This document shows, piece after piece, positions 21,957-31,135 of a DNA stretch of 32,000 nucleotides. The DNA is from Cuniculiplasma divulgatum (lineage in GTDB: Archaea; Thermoplasmatota; Thermoplasmata; Thermoplasmatales; Thermoplasmataceae), in contig NZ_LT671858.1 of NCBI RefSeq assembly GCF_900083515.1, forward strand, positions 750,001 through 782,000, read 5' to 3'. The translations under genes were made by a program, and so were the position numbers. The notes under the pieces were generated by a model that saw only the letters and a program-made list of their open reading frames with translations, was not told the DNA's origin and ran no database searches. Within the stretch, counting starts at the first letter, position 1. Every line of letters starts with the position of its first letter.

Positions 21957-24578
21957 TTATTGTTTTTCTCCATTCCTGTGAAAGATTGAAAGCATAGATG
22001 GGAAGTAGAATGTTCTAATGACAAATGTATCTATAACAAGTGATATTACAAAGGCAAGACCCAATTCTTCCAGGAATGCAACCGGAATAAATGCCAGTGA
22101 TCCAAGCGAGATTGCAAGAATTAACCCAAGGGATGTAACTGTTTTTGCACTTCCAACCATTCCCTTTCTCAAACCCTCCTCGAAGTTTTCTTTTTTAACC
22201 TCTTCTATAATCCTTGAACTAATGAATACTGTGTAGTCATTTCCAAGACTAAAGAGAATTATGAAGAGAATTATTGGGATTAGATATATTAGCTGTATAT
22301 GCAGTAAATAGTTTGATATGAGGTATAGAATAAACGTGCTCCAGGATATACTGAAGAATGTTCCTGTTATTGAAATGATTGGGTATCTCAACTTCCTGAA
22401 GGATGCAAGTAATATCAGGAAAATAGCAACCACTATAAATATCTCAAGTTCACAATAAGTTTTAACATTGGTTGATTGCTGATCAATTACAGAGGAAGTG
22501 ATGCCCCCTACAATAAAAGAGTCGTTGGCTCTCATAGAACTCACTGTTGATATCGATTGACTTGAATAAGGAGAATTACTTAGGGAGACTATAAAAAGAT
22601 AATATTTACCATTGTCAATTGCAAATGAACTTGATATGGAATTATTTGTAATTTTCATTCCACTGACATAAGGGCCCTCCACGGAACTAACACCTTTGTA
22701 TGATAAAATTTTTTTGGCTGTTTTCTCAAGTGTATTGATCTGCACATGAGTAAGATTCTCACTATTAAAATTGCTCTTGTATATAATGTATGTTGGGAAT
22801 ATCACTCCATCTCCAAAATTATCTTCAATTTCATTTAGGCCATGAACAGAACTCAAAGATTGAGGGAGACCTGTATTAAAGTTGTACGTTGTTGGTGCAG
22901 TAAAGAAGAAATAACCACCGGCAGCACCAAGAATTATAATTACTGCAGCCACTGCAAACTTCTTACTTGAAGAAAATGAGGTTGTCTTATAAAATACAGA
23001 TCTTCTGTGATGATTTTCCTCCAGTGGTTTTGAACCCAACTTCATTATAAGTCTCTTTGACAGAAGTTTCATTGCAACTGGAAGCAATGTAGTCTGAAGT
23101 ATTACTGTATATATTATTGCCTGAAACAGAACGACTCCCCAGTCAAAGAAAGATGGAACAAGTGAGAAAGTCAACAGGGTTACTGCTACTGTTATACCGC
23201 TAATAATTACAGCTTTTCCAGCCCTGTTTATGGCTATATCTAGGGCTTCCTCATACTCCCTCCCTTCCCTTAACTCCTGCCTGTATCTTGCTATAAGGAA
23301 TACGAGATAATCTGTTGAAACTCCAAGAATTACTGCTGTCAGTGTGTAATTTACAATAAAACTAACACTTCCTATCAGAAATCCTGTTATGTAAACTGAA
23401 ACATAACCTAGCAAAAGTGAAATACCTACAAATATAAGTCCAAGAATAGAAGCCCAGTATGAAACAAGGGTTATGAAAATTGCAATTAGCAGAAATATGA
23501 AAATGAGACCGAAGGCAAATCCAGACTTGGCAGTAACCTGAGCTGTTTGATAGGCAATTGCTCCATTTCCTGTTACTATGGCATCTTTCCCAAACAAACT
23601 GGCAGAATATTTGCTCAGGGTTGGATAGAATTCCTGTGCGGGAGAGGAGCCATTTTTGAATTCGTATCCCGAAGGAGTATTGAATTCGACTGATACAATG
23701 AATATTTTATGGTTTGGACTAACTGTCTGGTTAACTAGAAACCCTGGAGCATCCAGCAATGCAAAATTTGTTACATAACCATTTCCTGGATTACTAAAAT
23801 TTATAACAGAATATACTAGATTCCACGTAATATGAAAACCCGTTAAATTGCTAATGTAGTATGCCGTAGCCTCACTCAGTGAAGTCGAATTACCGTAGGC
23901 ATAGAAGTTTACATTCTTTAATATATAGGATGTTTCCGGCAATAGGTTAAAAGATGAGTTCTTAGCATCACAGATTATGGAATTCGCCACAATTTCCTCT
24001 CCATTTCCAGAATATTTATTAAAGGAAGATTTAACATTTGAAATGAAAGTTTTTTCATAGTTTGAACCATTGTATCCACTGGAATTTGCAGCTTGCTGAA
24101 TGCTATTTTCATTATAACCTGATATTTTCCAATTAATATAGAAATTATAGGAAAACTTGTAAATCATAGAACTGTTGGATCTGACACTCAAATAAGTTTG
24201 CATTATTTCACTACCAAAGGTCTTTACTGTAGTATTGTCTATATAATTTGAATAATCAGTATAAGGGTCGGTTGTTTGATACACATTATTATCCGAATTT
24301 CTTATCATTCTTTCTAATTGAAACGTACTTCTGGAAAGTGTAGAATTGTAAATTGGATTTCCATTTATAACAATGGTTAATGACTGATGTGTTGTCTCTA
24401 TTTGTGAGACTAGCTTTTGCGCCTGAGCAGATTCTGAACTGCTATTTGTTGATGTGGAGTTAGCATAGTTGAGGTATGAACTATAGTGAAGGACTGCAGG
24501 TATTGCAAGTAGAAGAACAACTATCCATACTATGATCACAACATTTTTTTTCGATAGCAAACTTTTTGCATTAATCAC
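21957..24578 (-). CDS. MMPL / RND-superfamily membrane transporter
   Basis: Two MMPL-type TM bundles carry the signatures GVSTDYLVFLIARYRQELREG and SLGNDYTVFISSRIIEEVKKE. There are two large extracytoplasmic loops. I count 13 N-x-S/T sequons by hand in the first loop. GTG start. Confidence 0.88.
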   Translation of the reverse strand: MINAKSLLSKKNVVIIVWIVVLLLAIPAVLHYSSYLNYANSTSTNSSSESAQAQKLVSQIETTHQSLTIVINGNPIYNSTLSRSTFQLERMIRNSDNNVYQTTDPYTDYSNYIDNTTVKTFGSEIMQTYLSVRSNSSMIYKFSYNFYINWKISGYNENSIQQAANSSGYNGSNYEKTFISNVKSSFNKYSGNGEEIVANSIICDAKNSSFNLLPETSYILKNVNFYAYGNSTSLSEATAYYISNLTGFHITWNLVYSVINFSNPGNGYVTNFALLDAPGFLVNQTVSPNHKIFIVSVEFNTPSGYEFKNGSSPAQEFYPTLSKYSASLFGKDAIVTGNGAIAYQTAQVTAKSGFAFGLIFIFLLIAIFITLVSYWASILGLIFVGISLLLGYVSVYITGFLIGSVSFIVNYTLTAVILGVSTDYLVFLIARYRQELREGREYEEALDIAINRAGKAVIISGITVAVTLLTFSLVPSFFDWGVVLFQAIIYTVILQTTLLPVAMKLLSKRLIMKLGSKPLEENHHRRSVFYKTTSFSSSKKFAVAAVIIILGAAGGYFFFTAPTTYNFNTGLPQSLSSVHGLNEIEDNFGDGVIFPTYIIYKSNFNSENLTHVQINTLEKTAKKILSYKGVSSVEGPYVSGMKITNNSISSSFAIDNGKYYLFIVSLSNSPYSSQSISTVSSMRANDSFIVGGITSSVIDQQSTNVKTYCELEIFIVVAIFLILLASFRKLRYPIISITGTFFSISWSTFILYLISNYLLHIQLIYLIPIILFIILFSLGNDYTVFISSRIIEEVKKENFEEGLRKGMVGSAKTVTSLGLILAISLGSLAFIPVAFLEELGLAFVISLVIDTFVIRTFYFPSMLSIFHRNGEKQ

Positions 24579-24732
24579 AGCAATTCATTATGTATGGGTA
24601 ATTTAAAATTGGTTAAAATTTTTTTAACTTTTGATAAATTAATATTGGTAAGCTAACAAAAATATTGTTTATTTTCACAAAAAAATTAATTAACGTCAAT
24701 TTTTAATAATAGTTAGAATTACTTGAATAATC

Positions 24733-25509
24733 ATGGATACAGTTGATAAAAAAATTCTTTTCAGTCTCTTGAAAGATGGCAGGACGCCACAAAGGCAGAT
24801 AGCGAAGGAGATAGGTATCTCAGCGCAAACTCTGAATTACAGAATGACAAAGATGATTGAGGATGGAATAATTGTTGGATTTATAGTCCATATAAATTCT
24901 AAAATACTTGGAAAAGTGGAGGCATTTGCTGCGTATGTATCAGATAAGGAAATTGACACCGGCTACTTTACAAGATTAAAATGTCTTGAAAAAATAACAC
25001 TCTATGGTTTTGACGGAGATACAGTTGATGAGGTAGAAAAGAAAATAGAAGATGCATCATTAAAGTTAGGACAGCCAGTAATGAAATACAGACCAGAAAT
25101 TAATTCATATTCTGGAAACTCAAAAAATATAGATTTTCAAATTATTGATCAGCTTAAGAAGACACCACGCGCAAAAATATCAGAGATTGCCAAAGCTCTA
25201 GATATGCCGGTAATAAGAATAAAGAGAAGATACAATTTCCTCAGAAAAAGCCATCTTGTTGCAGTAATGGCAAAGATCGATCTTTCAAAGACAGATGTTG
25301 TCATTTTCAGTATCTTCACAACAGATCAGGAAAAGATTGAACACATTCTGGAAGATGTGACAATTTTTAAGATAACGGATAACAACACGGGGGTTTTCAT
25401 ATGCTTTGCAGAAAATATGGTTAGCGCGAGGGCCCTGATAAACAGTTCAAGGGAAGCTGAGAAAAAAAGTGAAGTGATGGTTATATATGACTATGAGTTC
25501 ATTCACTAA
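24733..25509 (+). CDS. tandem-duplicated Lrp/AsnC family transcriptional regulator (HTH-RAM-HTH-RAM)
   Basis: There are two AsnC-type HTH units: DKKILFSLLKDGRTPQRQIAKEIGISAQTLNYRMTKMIEDGII and IDFQIIDQLKKTPRAKISEIAKALDMPVIRIKRRYNFLRKSHLV. Each is followed by a region of about 65 aa that looks RAM-like. It is divergent from the MMPL gene across 154 bp. Confidence 0.85.
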   Translation: MDTVDKKILFSLLKDGRTPQRQIAKEIGISAQTLNYRMTKMIEDGIIVGFIVHINSKILGKVEAFAAYVSDKEIDTGYFTRLKCLEKITLYGFDGDTVDEVEKKIEDASLKLGQPVMKYRPEINSYSGNSKNIDFQIIDQLKKTPRAKISEIAKALDMPVIRIKRRYNFLRKSHLVAVMAKIDLSKTDVVIFSIFTTDQEKIEHILEDVTIFKITDNNTGVFICFAENMVSARALINSSREAEKKSEVMVIYDYEFIH

Positions 25510-25609
25510 ATAATATCTAAGATCACAACTTCAACCAGTCATAAAAGTAGTTTTTATCAAAACATTCCCGTGTAACAGAATGAGTTTGGAAAATCAATAA
25601 AAGTTAATT

Positions 25610-26782
25610 ATGGAATTGCGATTAAACTTTGTGTTATCAAAGAGAGTAATTAATGTCTCTGAATCTGCCACTGTATCCACTTCTGCAAAGGCGGCCCAGA
25701 TGACTGCTGAAGGAAGAAAAATTATAAACTTTGGGGTAGGAGAACCGGATTTTACGACGCCTGCTGGAGAGATAAACTATGCATTTGAAAAGGCAAAGGA
25801 GGGATTCACTCATTACACTCCGTCAAAGGGATATGTGGAATTGAGAACTAAGATATCTAAGAAGATCAATAATAATATTCACAGCCTGAATGCAGATAAT
25901 ATAATTGTAACTCCAACAAAATTTGCTATTAATCTAGCAGTAATGGCCATCGCAGATGAGGGAGATGAAATCATCATACCGGAGCCATATTTTCTTTCCT
26001 ATCCTGAAATATGCAGGATTTACGGTGTAAAACCAGTGGAAGTTCCAACCAATGATGATTTTTCACTTAACCTTGAACGCATTGAAAATTCAATAACACC
26101 CAGAACGAGGGGCATAATCATATCAAATCCTGCAAATCCAACGGGAAAAGTTTTTTCGACCGACGAAATCAAGGCACTACAAAAGCTGTGCATAGATGAA
26201 GAAATCTACTTTATTCAGGATCAGATTTATGAAGAACTTGTGTTTGATGGAAAAATTCAGGATATAGTAGAAATGGATCCAGAAATGAACCATACCATAC
26301 TAATCAGTGGTTTCTCTAAAAGTTATGCAATGACAGGATGGCGGATAGGATATCTCGCTTCATCCAGAGAATTTATTGGTGCTGTAGATAAGTTGCAGCA
26401 GCAGACCATAACTTGCGCACCCTCTATCTCCCAAATGGCCGCCATATATGCGTTGGATGATGATGAGAGCCCTAAAGCCATGAAGGAGGTTTTCAGAAAG
26501 AGAAGAGAACTGGTTTACAATATGATTAGGGACATTAAAGGTCTGAATCTCATAAAACCAGAGGGAGCTTTTTACGTATTTCCATCATATGACTTAAATA
26601 TATCATCTGTCGAATTCTGTAAGAAGATCCTTGATTCTAAGGGTCTACTACTCACACCGGGGTCGGCATTTGGAAAACAAGGAGAGGGTCATTTCAGAAT
26701 TTCCTACGCGTTATCCGAAGATAAACTGAAGGAAGGAATCGCATTGCTGGCGAGCTTTATGGACGAGCAGAGTAAGATTTAA
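25610..26782 (+). CDS. class I pyridoxal-phosphate aminotransferase (aspartate/aromatic aminotransferase type)
   Basis: FGVGEPDFTTP, NPANPTGKVFS and SGFSKSYAMTGWRIGY (PLP lysine) are canonical class I aminotransferase blocks. Confidence 0.92.
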   Translation: MELRLNFVLSKRVINVSESATVSTSAKAAQMTAEGRKIINFGVGEPDFTTPAGEINYAFEKAKEGFTHYTPSKGYVELRTKISKKINNNIHSLNADNIIVTPTKFAINLAVMAIADEGDEIIIPEPYFLSYPEICRIYGVKPVEVPTNDDFSLNLERIENSITPRTRGIIISNPANPTGKVFSTDEIKALQKLCIDEEIYFIQDQIYEELVFDGKIQDIVEMDPEMNHTILISGFSKSYAMTGWRIGYLASSREFIGAVDKLQQQTITCAPSISQMAAIYALDDDESPKAMKEVFRKRRELVYNMIRDIKGLNLIKPEGAFYVFPSYDLNISSVEFCKKILDSKGLLLTPGSAFGKQGEGHFRISYALSEDKLKEGIALLASFMDEQSKI

Positions 26783-27766
26783 ATGGGTTTGAGTTTCTTA
26801 ATTGTTCCACTACTTATCACTGTTCTTGTTATTTTGGGAATCAGTTTATTTTTAACGTTTTTCAATTTTAGAGCAATTAGGCTATTTAGCCAAAAATATG
26901 AGGAAGATATTGAAAACTATAAGACAACTGTCAATGACTTCGAAGAAGATTTTACCATATCTCCTGATGATGAGATAGAAGAGGATGATGAAATAGAGAA
27001 AGAACACACCAGAGAAGAAGTAAAGCTAGAAATAGATAAGGATATGGAGAGACTCACAAACGAAATCAGAAAGAATGAGTTACTAATGGAAAAAATGGAA
27101 AAACACTATTCAACTCTGAGAAAAGTTTCTAAGGACATGATGGAAAGCATTATTCCCCCAACAAAATTTCAATCTTTTTCAGATACCTATGCACCAATAC
27201 CACTGATCGATGAAAAACCACTATGGAATGATCTTGTTAGAAATCATATTCCGCCGGATCAGGGAAATCTTTACGAAATGTGGGGTAAATATGTTGAACT
27301 CACTGCGAAATATTCTCATCAGAAGGTCGAGTCCATAAAAGGTATACTGGATAAAATTTTTGGCAGGACAGAGTATCGGCGATTAGATCAACCTGATATC
27401 AACAATAGTGGAGAAACATACTACGCAGCGAAACCAGTGCTTCATATCCTGAATAATCTTTTCTTTAATGAACCAGAGATTCAATTTCTTCTAGAGGATG
27501 GAAAAAAGGAGAAAAAACTTGGGAGATCATCAACACTTCTGGTAAACAACGAAGAATTTATACATGGAAAAACGTCTGAAGTAATGGCATTTCAGTCAAT
27601 GTTCAGGGAAATTCTTGATACGAAGAATTACTCCATATGCAAGGAGACTCAAAGACAGAAAGAGTTAAAAAGTGAAATAGACGACATTATTAAAAATATA
27701 AAGAAATTATTAAACTGGTTCATATTTGAGGAAGATAACATGATACAGTGTAAAATGCTGGAGTGA
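26783..27766 (+). CDS. hypothetical membrane-anchored protein with acidic/coiled-coil linker (327 aa)
   Basis: The ATG directly abuts the aminotransferase stop (TAA 26780-26782). It has an N-terminal TM anchor (LSFLIVPLLITVLVILGISLFLTFF), an acidic tract (DDEIEEDDEIEKE) and a K/E-rich helical stretch. No family recognised. Confidence 0.7.
   Translation: MGLSFLIVPLLITVLVILGISLFLTFFNFRAIRLFSQKYEEDIENYKTTVNDFEEDFTISPDDEIEEDDEIEKEHTREEVKLEIDKDMERLTNEIRKNELLMEKMEKHYSTLRKVSKDMMESIIPPTKFQSFSDTYAPIPLIDEKPLWNDLVRNHIPPDQGNLYEMWGKYVELTAKYSHQKVESIKGILDKIFGRTEYRRLDQPDINNSGETYYAAKPVLHILNNLFFNEPEIQFLLEDGKKEKKLGRSSTLLVNNEEFIHGKTSEVMAFQSMFREILDTKNYSICKETQRQKELKSEIDDIIKNIKKLLNWFIFEEDNMIQCKMLE
27760..27763 (+). 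promoter_or_regulatory. Shine-Dalgarno-like GGAG(TGA) for nadM
   Basis: ggag lies 8 nt upstream of the ATG at 27772, embedded in the end of the preceding ORF. Confidence 0.35.
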
Positions 27767-27771
27767 AAGAA

Positions 27772-28287
27772 ATGTCAAGAGCATTCATTGTTGGAAGGTT
27801 TCAGCCATTTCATCTCGGTCATCTGGAAGTAATACAGGAGATTCTGAAAGATCATGAATCTGTGATTATTGGAATAGGAAGTGCACAGTATTCACACACC
27901 CTTCAAAACCCGTTCACAGCAGGAGAAAGGCATCTGATGATCTCAAACACTCTGGAAAGCAGGAAGATCTTTAACTTCTATATAATCCCAATAGAGGATG
28001 TAAATTCTAACCCGCTCTGGGTCGCACATGTAGAATCACTAACCCCACATTTCTCAAGTGTATATACAAATAATCCTCTGGTAAAAAGACTGTTCTACGA
28101 GAAAAAATACAATGTAAAATCAATGGAACTCATAAACAGGGTGGAATGGTCAGGTACCAGGATAAGAGATAGAATGATAAGGGGAGAGAACTGGGAAAGG
28201 GATGTTCCTGAAACGGTTTCGGAAATAATCAGGGAAATTGATGGTGTTGAAAGGCTAAGAGCACTTTCAGAGTCAGATGATCTCTAG
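27772..28287 (+). CDS. nadM: nicotinamide-nucleotide adenylyltransferase, archaeal type
   Basis: MSRAFIVGRFQPFHLGHLEVI has the (H/T)xGH nucleotidyltransferase motif in the archaeal NMNAT context. WSGTRIRDRM is the ISSTxxR-equivalent block. The track start (GTG 27763) would overlap the upstream stop as GTGA; the ATG at 27772 has the SD. Confidence 0.92.
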   Translation: MSRAFIVGRFQPFHLGHLEVIQEILKDHESVIIGIGSAQYSHTLQNPFTAGERHLMISNTLESRKIFNFYIIPIEDVNSNPLWVAHVESLTPHFSSVYTNNPLVKRLFYEKKYNVKSMELINRVEWSGTRIRDRMIRGENWERDVPETVSEIIREIDGVERLRALSESDDL

Positions 28288-28302
28288 GGTGAAAAAAAGA
28301 AA

Positions 28303-29499
28303 TTATTCAGAATAAACCAATTTCTCAATTGTTTCCCTATCCTGTAATATCTGATCAATTATAACATATTCATCAACCTGATGAGCAACATCAGGGACGG
28401 TCGTGCTCCACACAACTGCATCATAACCAAGTCTTCTGAAGAAAGCTGCGCATGTGCCTCCCCCAATACCAACAACCTTTGGCTCTCCGCCTCTGCTTGA
28501 TAACGCCTTCACCAATCTTGTAACGACTTCCGAATCCCTGGAAGTGGGTACAGGTGCCTGTTCTCTCTGTACAAACTCCATCTTAATCTTTGACTTATGT
28601 GTTCTTTCGAATTCAGAAATCTCTCTTGAAATATCATCCACTACACTATCCACATCATAGTTAGGTAGTATCCTGCAATCCATGTAAAATACTTCTTTTC
28701 CCGGAATCGTGTTTATATTGTCCACATTCTTTTCGTGCTTGGTCGGTTCAAACGTTGAATAGGGAAAGTTAAAAGTATCATCCTTATCGGTATATTTTGA
28801 ATGGAGCATCTTATCTACTGATAGCATGAATTCCATTCCATCTCTTGCAGCGCTTATGGCGTTGCTTGGCATACTTGCATGGTACTGCCTACCATTAACT
28901 GTGAATTTTATCCAAACAATGCTTTTTTCGGCAATCTCCAGTTCCATTCCGTCCATTGAACCCGCGTCTGGGACTATTATCAGGTCATCCTTCTTGAAAA
29001 TATTCTTATCAAGTAGGTACTGTATCCCGTACACACTCCCAACCTCTTCGTCTGCAACAAACGCAAGGCCTAAATTCATTTTAAGTTTGGATTTATCAAG
29101 CTTCTTAAGAAGTAGAAGAGAAAGGAAAACTGCCTGTCCATCATCAGACGTACCGCGACCATATATTCTGTTGCCTTCAACTGTTGCCTGAAATGGTGGT
29201 CTTGTCCATAGATTTGGGTCACCATCCGGTACAGTATCTATATGGGAGACAAGCCAGAGAGTACGATCAAAATTTCCAACTTTCTCTATTACACTGGATC
29301 TTTTAAATCCCATCTTATCTTCAACATCATATCGTACTGAATCTTCATACCCAAGCTCCTTCAATATACTAACTAGAAGATCTGCCCTCTGCGATTCTCC
29401 CTGTCCACCAGAGGCCGGACTTATAGATTTTACTGGTATAATTCTCTTTGCAAGTTCAATTATAAACTCTTTTTCATCAGTTATATCTTTTAAGTTCAT
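28303..29499 (-). CDS. M20-family metallopeptidase/deacylase (ArgE/DapE/LysK-like)
   Basis: LWLVSHIDTVPDGD, IYGRGTSDDGQAV and FVADEEVGS are the M20 metal-ligand blocks. The ORF is open from a GTG at 29505, with an ATG at 29499. Confidence 0.88.
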   Translation of the reverse strand: MNLKDITDEKEFIIELAKRIIPVKSISPASGGQGESQRADLLVSILKELGYEDSVRYDVEDKMGFKRSSVIEKVGNFDRTLWLVSHIDTVPDGDPNLWTRPPFQATVEGNRIYGRGTSDDGQAVFLSLLLLKKLDKSKLKMNLGLAFVADEEVGSVYGIQYLLDKNIFKKDDLIIVPDAGSMDGMELEIAEKSIVWIKFTVNGRQYHASMPSNAISAARDGMEFMLSVDKMLHSKYTDKDDTFNFPYSTFEPTKHEKNVDNINTIPGKEVFYMDCRILPNYDVDSVVDDISREISEFERTHKSKIKMEFVQREQAPVPTSRDSEVVTRLVKALSSRGGEPKVVGIGGGTCAAFFRRLGYDAVVWSTTVPDVAHQVDEYVIIDQILQDRETIEKLVYSE

Positions 29500-29619
29500 T
29501 ATCACTAATTGTTGTTCTGTTAATAAACAATTACTCCTTTTAACTTATCATTATGTGTTTTTATTAGCAACACCTAGTATCATTAATGAATTAGTGCTGT
29601 TAATTATAGTGTAGTCTGT

Positions 29620-29666
29620 TGAGTATTGTATTAAAGATATCAGATCTAAGATCTATACAAAACTCA
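29620..29666. repeat. 47-bp composite inverted repeat (12-bp arms, 11/12) enclosing duplicated AGATCT
   Basis: tgagtattgtat (29620-29631) pairs with atacaaaactca (29655-29666); the reverse complement of the first arm is atacaatactca. The 23-nt spacer, taaagatatcagatctaagatct, contains gatatc and two agatct palindromes. It lies in the divergent M20 / proS intergenic region. Confidence 0.4.
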
Positions 29667-29719
29667 GAGTAATAGTCTTCAAGCAAAATAACCAACTCTA
29701 TCTTAGCGACTTGCAATAG

Positions 29720-29727
29720 TTAAATAA
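29720..29727 (+). promoter_or_regulatory. TATA-box-like element (TTAAATAA) for proS; leaderless geometry
   Basis: Centred about 26 nt upstream of the proS ATG at 29750. No SD-like sequence lies in between. Confidence 0.3.
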
Positions 29728-29749
29728 TGACGAATTTATTTACAAGGGA

Positions 29750-31135
29750 ATGGAGCATAAAAAGGAAGATTTCAGTGAATGGTACAATGAAATAATAGAC
29801 ATTTCCCAGCTCACCGATAAGAGATACCCTGTTAAGGGAATGAATGTTTGGATGCCTTATGGATATAGCCTCATGAAAAACACTGATGAAATGATCAGGA
29901 CTAAGTTCTATGAAGATGAGTATGAGGAAGTGATGTTTCCTTCATTAATCTCAAGACCAATGTTTGAAATTGAATTCGAACACATAAAGGGCTTTGAAAA
30001 AGAACTATTCTGGATCACAAGGGGCGGAAGGGAATCTCTGGAAGAAGATCTGGCCATGAGACCCACAAGTGAGGCTGCAATTTATCCGATGCTAAAACTG
30101 TGGATACGGGATCATGCTGATCTACCAAAGAGAATCTTCCAGATTGTTCAGGTATATCGTTATGAAACAAAACATACCAGGCCGTTTATAAGATCAAGGG
30201 ATATTCACTTCATAGAATGCCATACTGCCCATGATTCATACAAAGATGCAGAGGAACAGATGAACCTTTACAGGAGAGAGTGGGACTATTTCACAAAGAA
30301 ACTCTGCCTTCCTTATATGGAGGTAAAGAGACCTGAGTGGGATAAGTTTCCAGGTGCTGTTTACACCATTGCATTTGATACGCTTATGCCTTCAGGCAGA
30401 ACGCTTCAGATTGGAACAATTCATGAATACGGTAGTAATTTCTCAAAGAATTATGATGTGAAATTTGCAAAGGAGGATGGAACCAGTGAATATGTAAATC
30501 AGACAACATTCGGTATGAGTGAAAGATTGATAGCTGCGTTAATAGGGATTCATGGTGATGATAAGGGACTAATTCTTCCACCATTCGTGGCTCCTACGCA
30601 GGTAGTGATTGTTCCAATCACCTCTGCAGATTCAAATTTTGAATCTTTTGTAAGTGAAATTGAAAACTTAGTTAGGAATAGTGGATTTAGGGTATTAGTA
30701 GATAAAAACGACAACTATACTCCCGGTTATAAATTCAACCAGTGGGAAATGAAAGGTGTCCCTTTAAGAATAGAAATAGGTAAAAGAGAGGCAGAATCTA
30801 ATTCAATTACCATATCCTTAAGAACAAGAAAAGGGAGAATAAAGCTGAATAAAGATGATATATCGCAGATAAAAAATTTGCTGGATGAGGTAGAAAGTGA
30901 TCTTCTTAACAAAGCCCGGAAGATCCTCTCAGATGGAATAGAAGGGATTAAAACTAGCGGACAGGAATCAAGCATTAAGACTTTTATTCTATGTGATAAT
31001 GAAAAATGTGCCAGGTCCATAGAGGCAAAAACCGAGCTAGATATGATGGGACATATACTGAATTATGGGTCAAAAGGTAAATGTGAGGTTTGTGGAAATG
31101 AAGGGAGAACTGCCCTCTTCTCTAGGCCATACTGA
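29750..31135 (+). CDS. proS: prolyl-tRNA synthetase, archaeal/eukaryote-like type
   Basis: EDFSEWYNEIIDISQLTDKRYPVKGMNVWMPYGYSL is a typical N-terminus. Class II motifs are present (AMRPTSE, FRYE..HTRPFIRSRDIHFIECHT, QTTFGMSERLI). The C-terminal Cys-rich domain (CDNEKC...CEVCGNEG) ends in the conserved terminal Tyr. Confidence 0.95.
   Translation: MEHKKEDFSEWYNEIIDISQLTDKRYPVKGMNVWMPYGYSLMKNTDEMIRTKFYEDEYEEVMFPSLISRPMFEIEFEHIKGFEKELFWITRGGRESLEEDLAMRPTSEAAIYPMLKLWIRDHADLPKRIFQIVQVYRYETKHTRPFIRSRDIHFIECHTAHDSYKDAEEQMNLYRREWDYFTKKLCLPYMEVKRPEWDKFPGAVYTIAFDTLMPSGRTLQIGTIHEYGSNFSKNYDVKFAKEDGTSEYVNQTTFGMSERLIAALIGIHGDDKGLILPPFVAPTQVVIVPITSADSNFESFVSEIENLVRNSGFRVLVDKNDNYTPGYKFNQWEMKGVPLRIEIGKREAESNSITISLRTRKGRIKLNKDDISQIKNLLDEVESDLLNKARKILSDGIEGIKTSGQESSIKTFILCDNEKCARSIEAKTELDMMGHILNYGSKGKCEVCGNEGRTALFSRPY
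31085..31089 (+). promoter_or_regulatory. Shine-Dalgarno-like GAGGT inside the proS 3' end
   Basis: gaggt lies 8 nt upstream of the ATG at 31098. This supports that start for the HAD gene. Confidence 0.4.

Noticed and set aside
24612-24628. GTTAAAA-TTT-TTTTAAC dyad in the MMPL/Lrp spacer as a specific Lrp operator.
   Set aside because: It is composed almost solely of A/T runs. Such dyads are expected by chance here, so I mention it only in context rather than calling a binding site.
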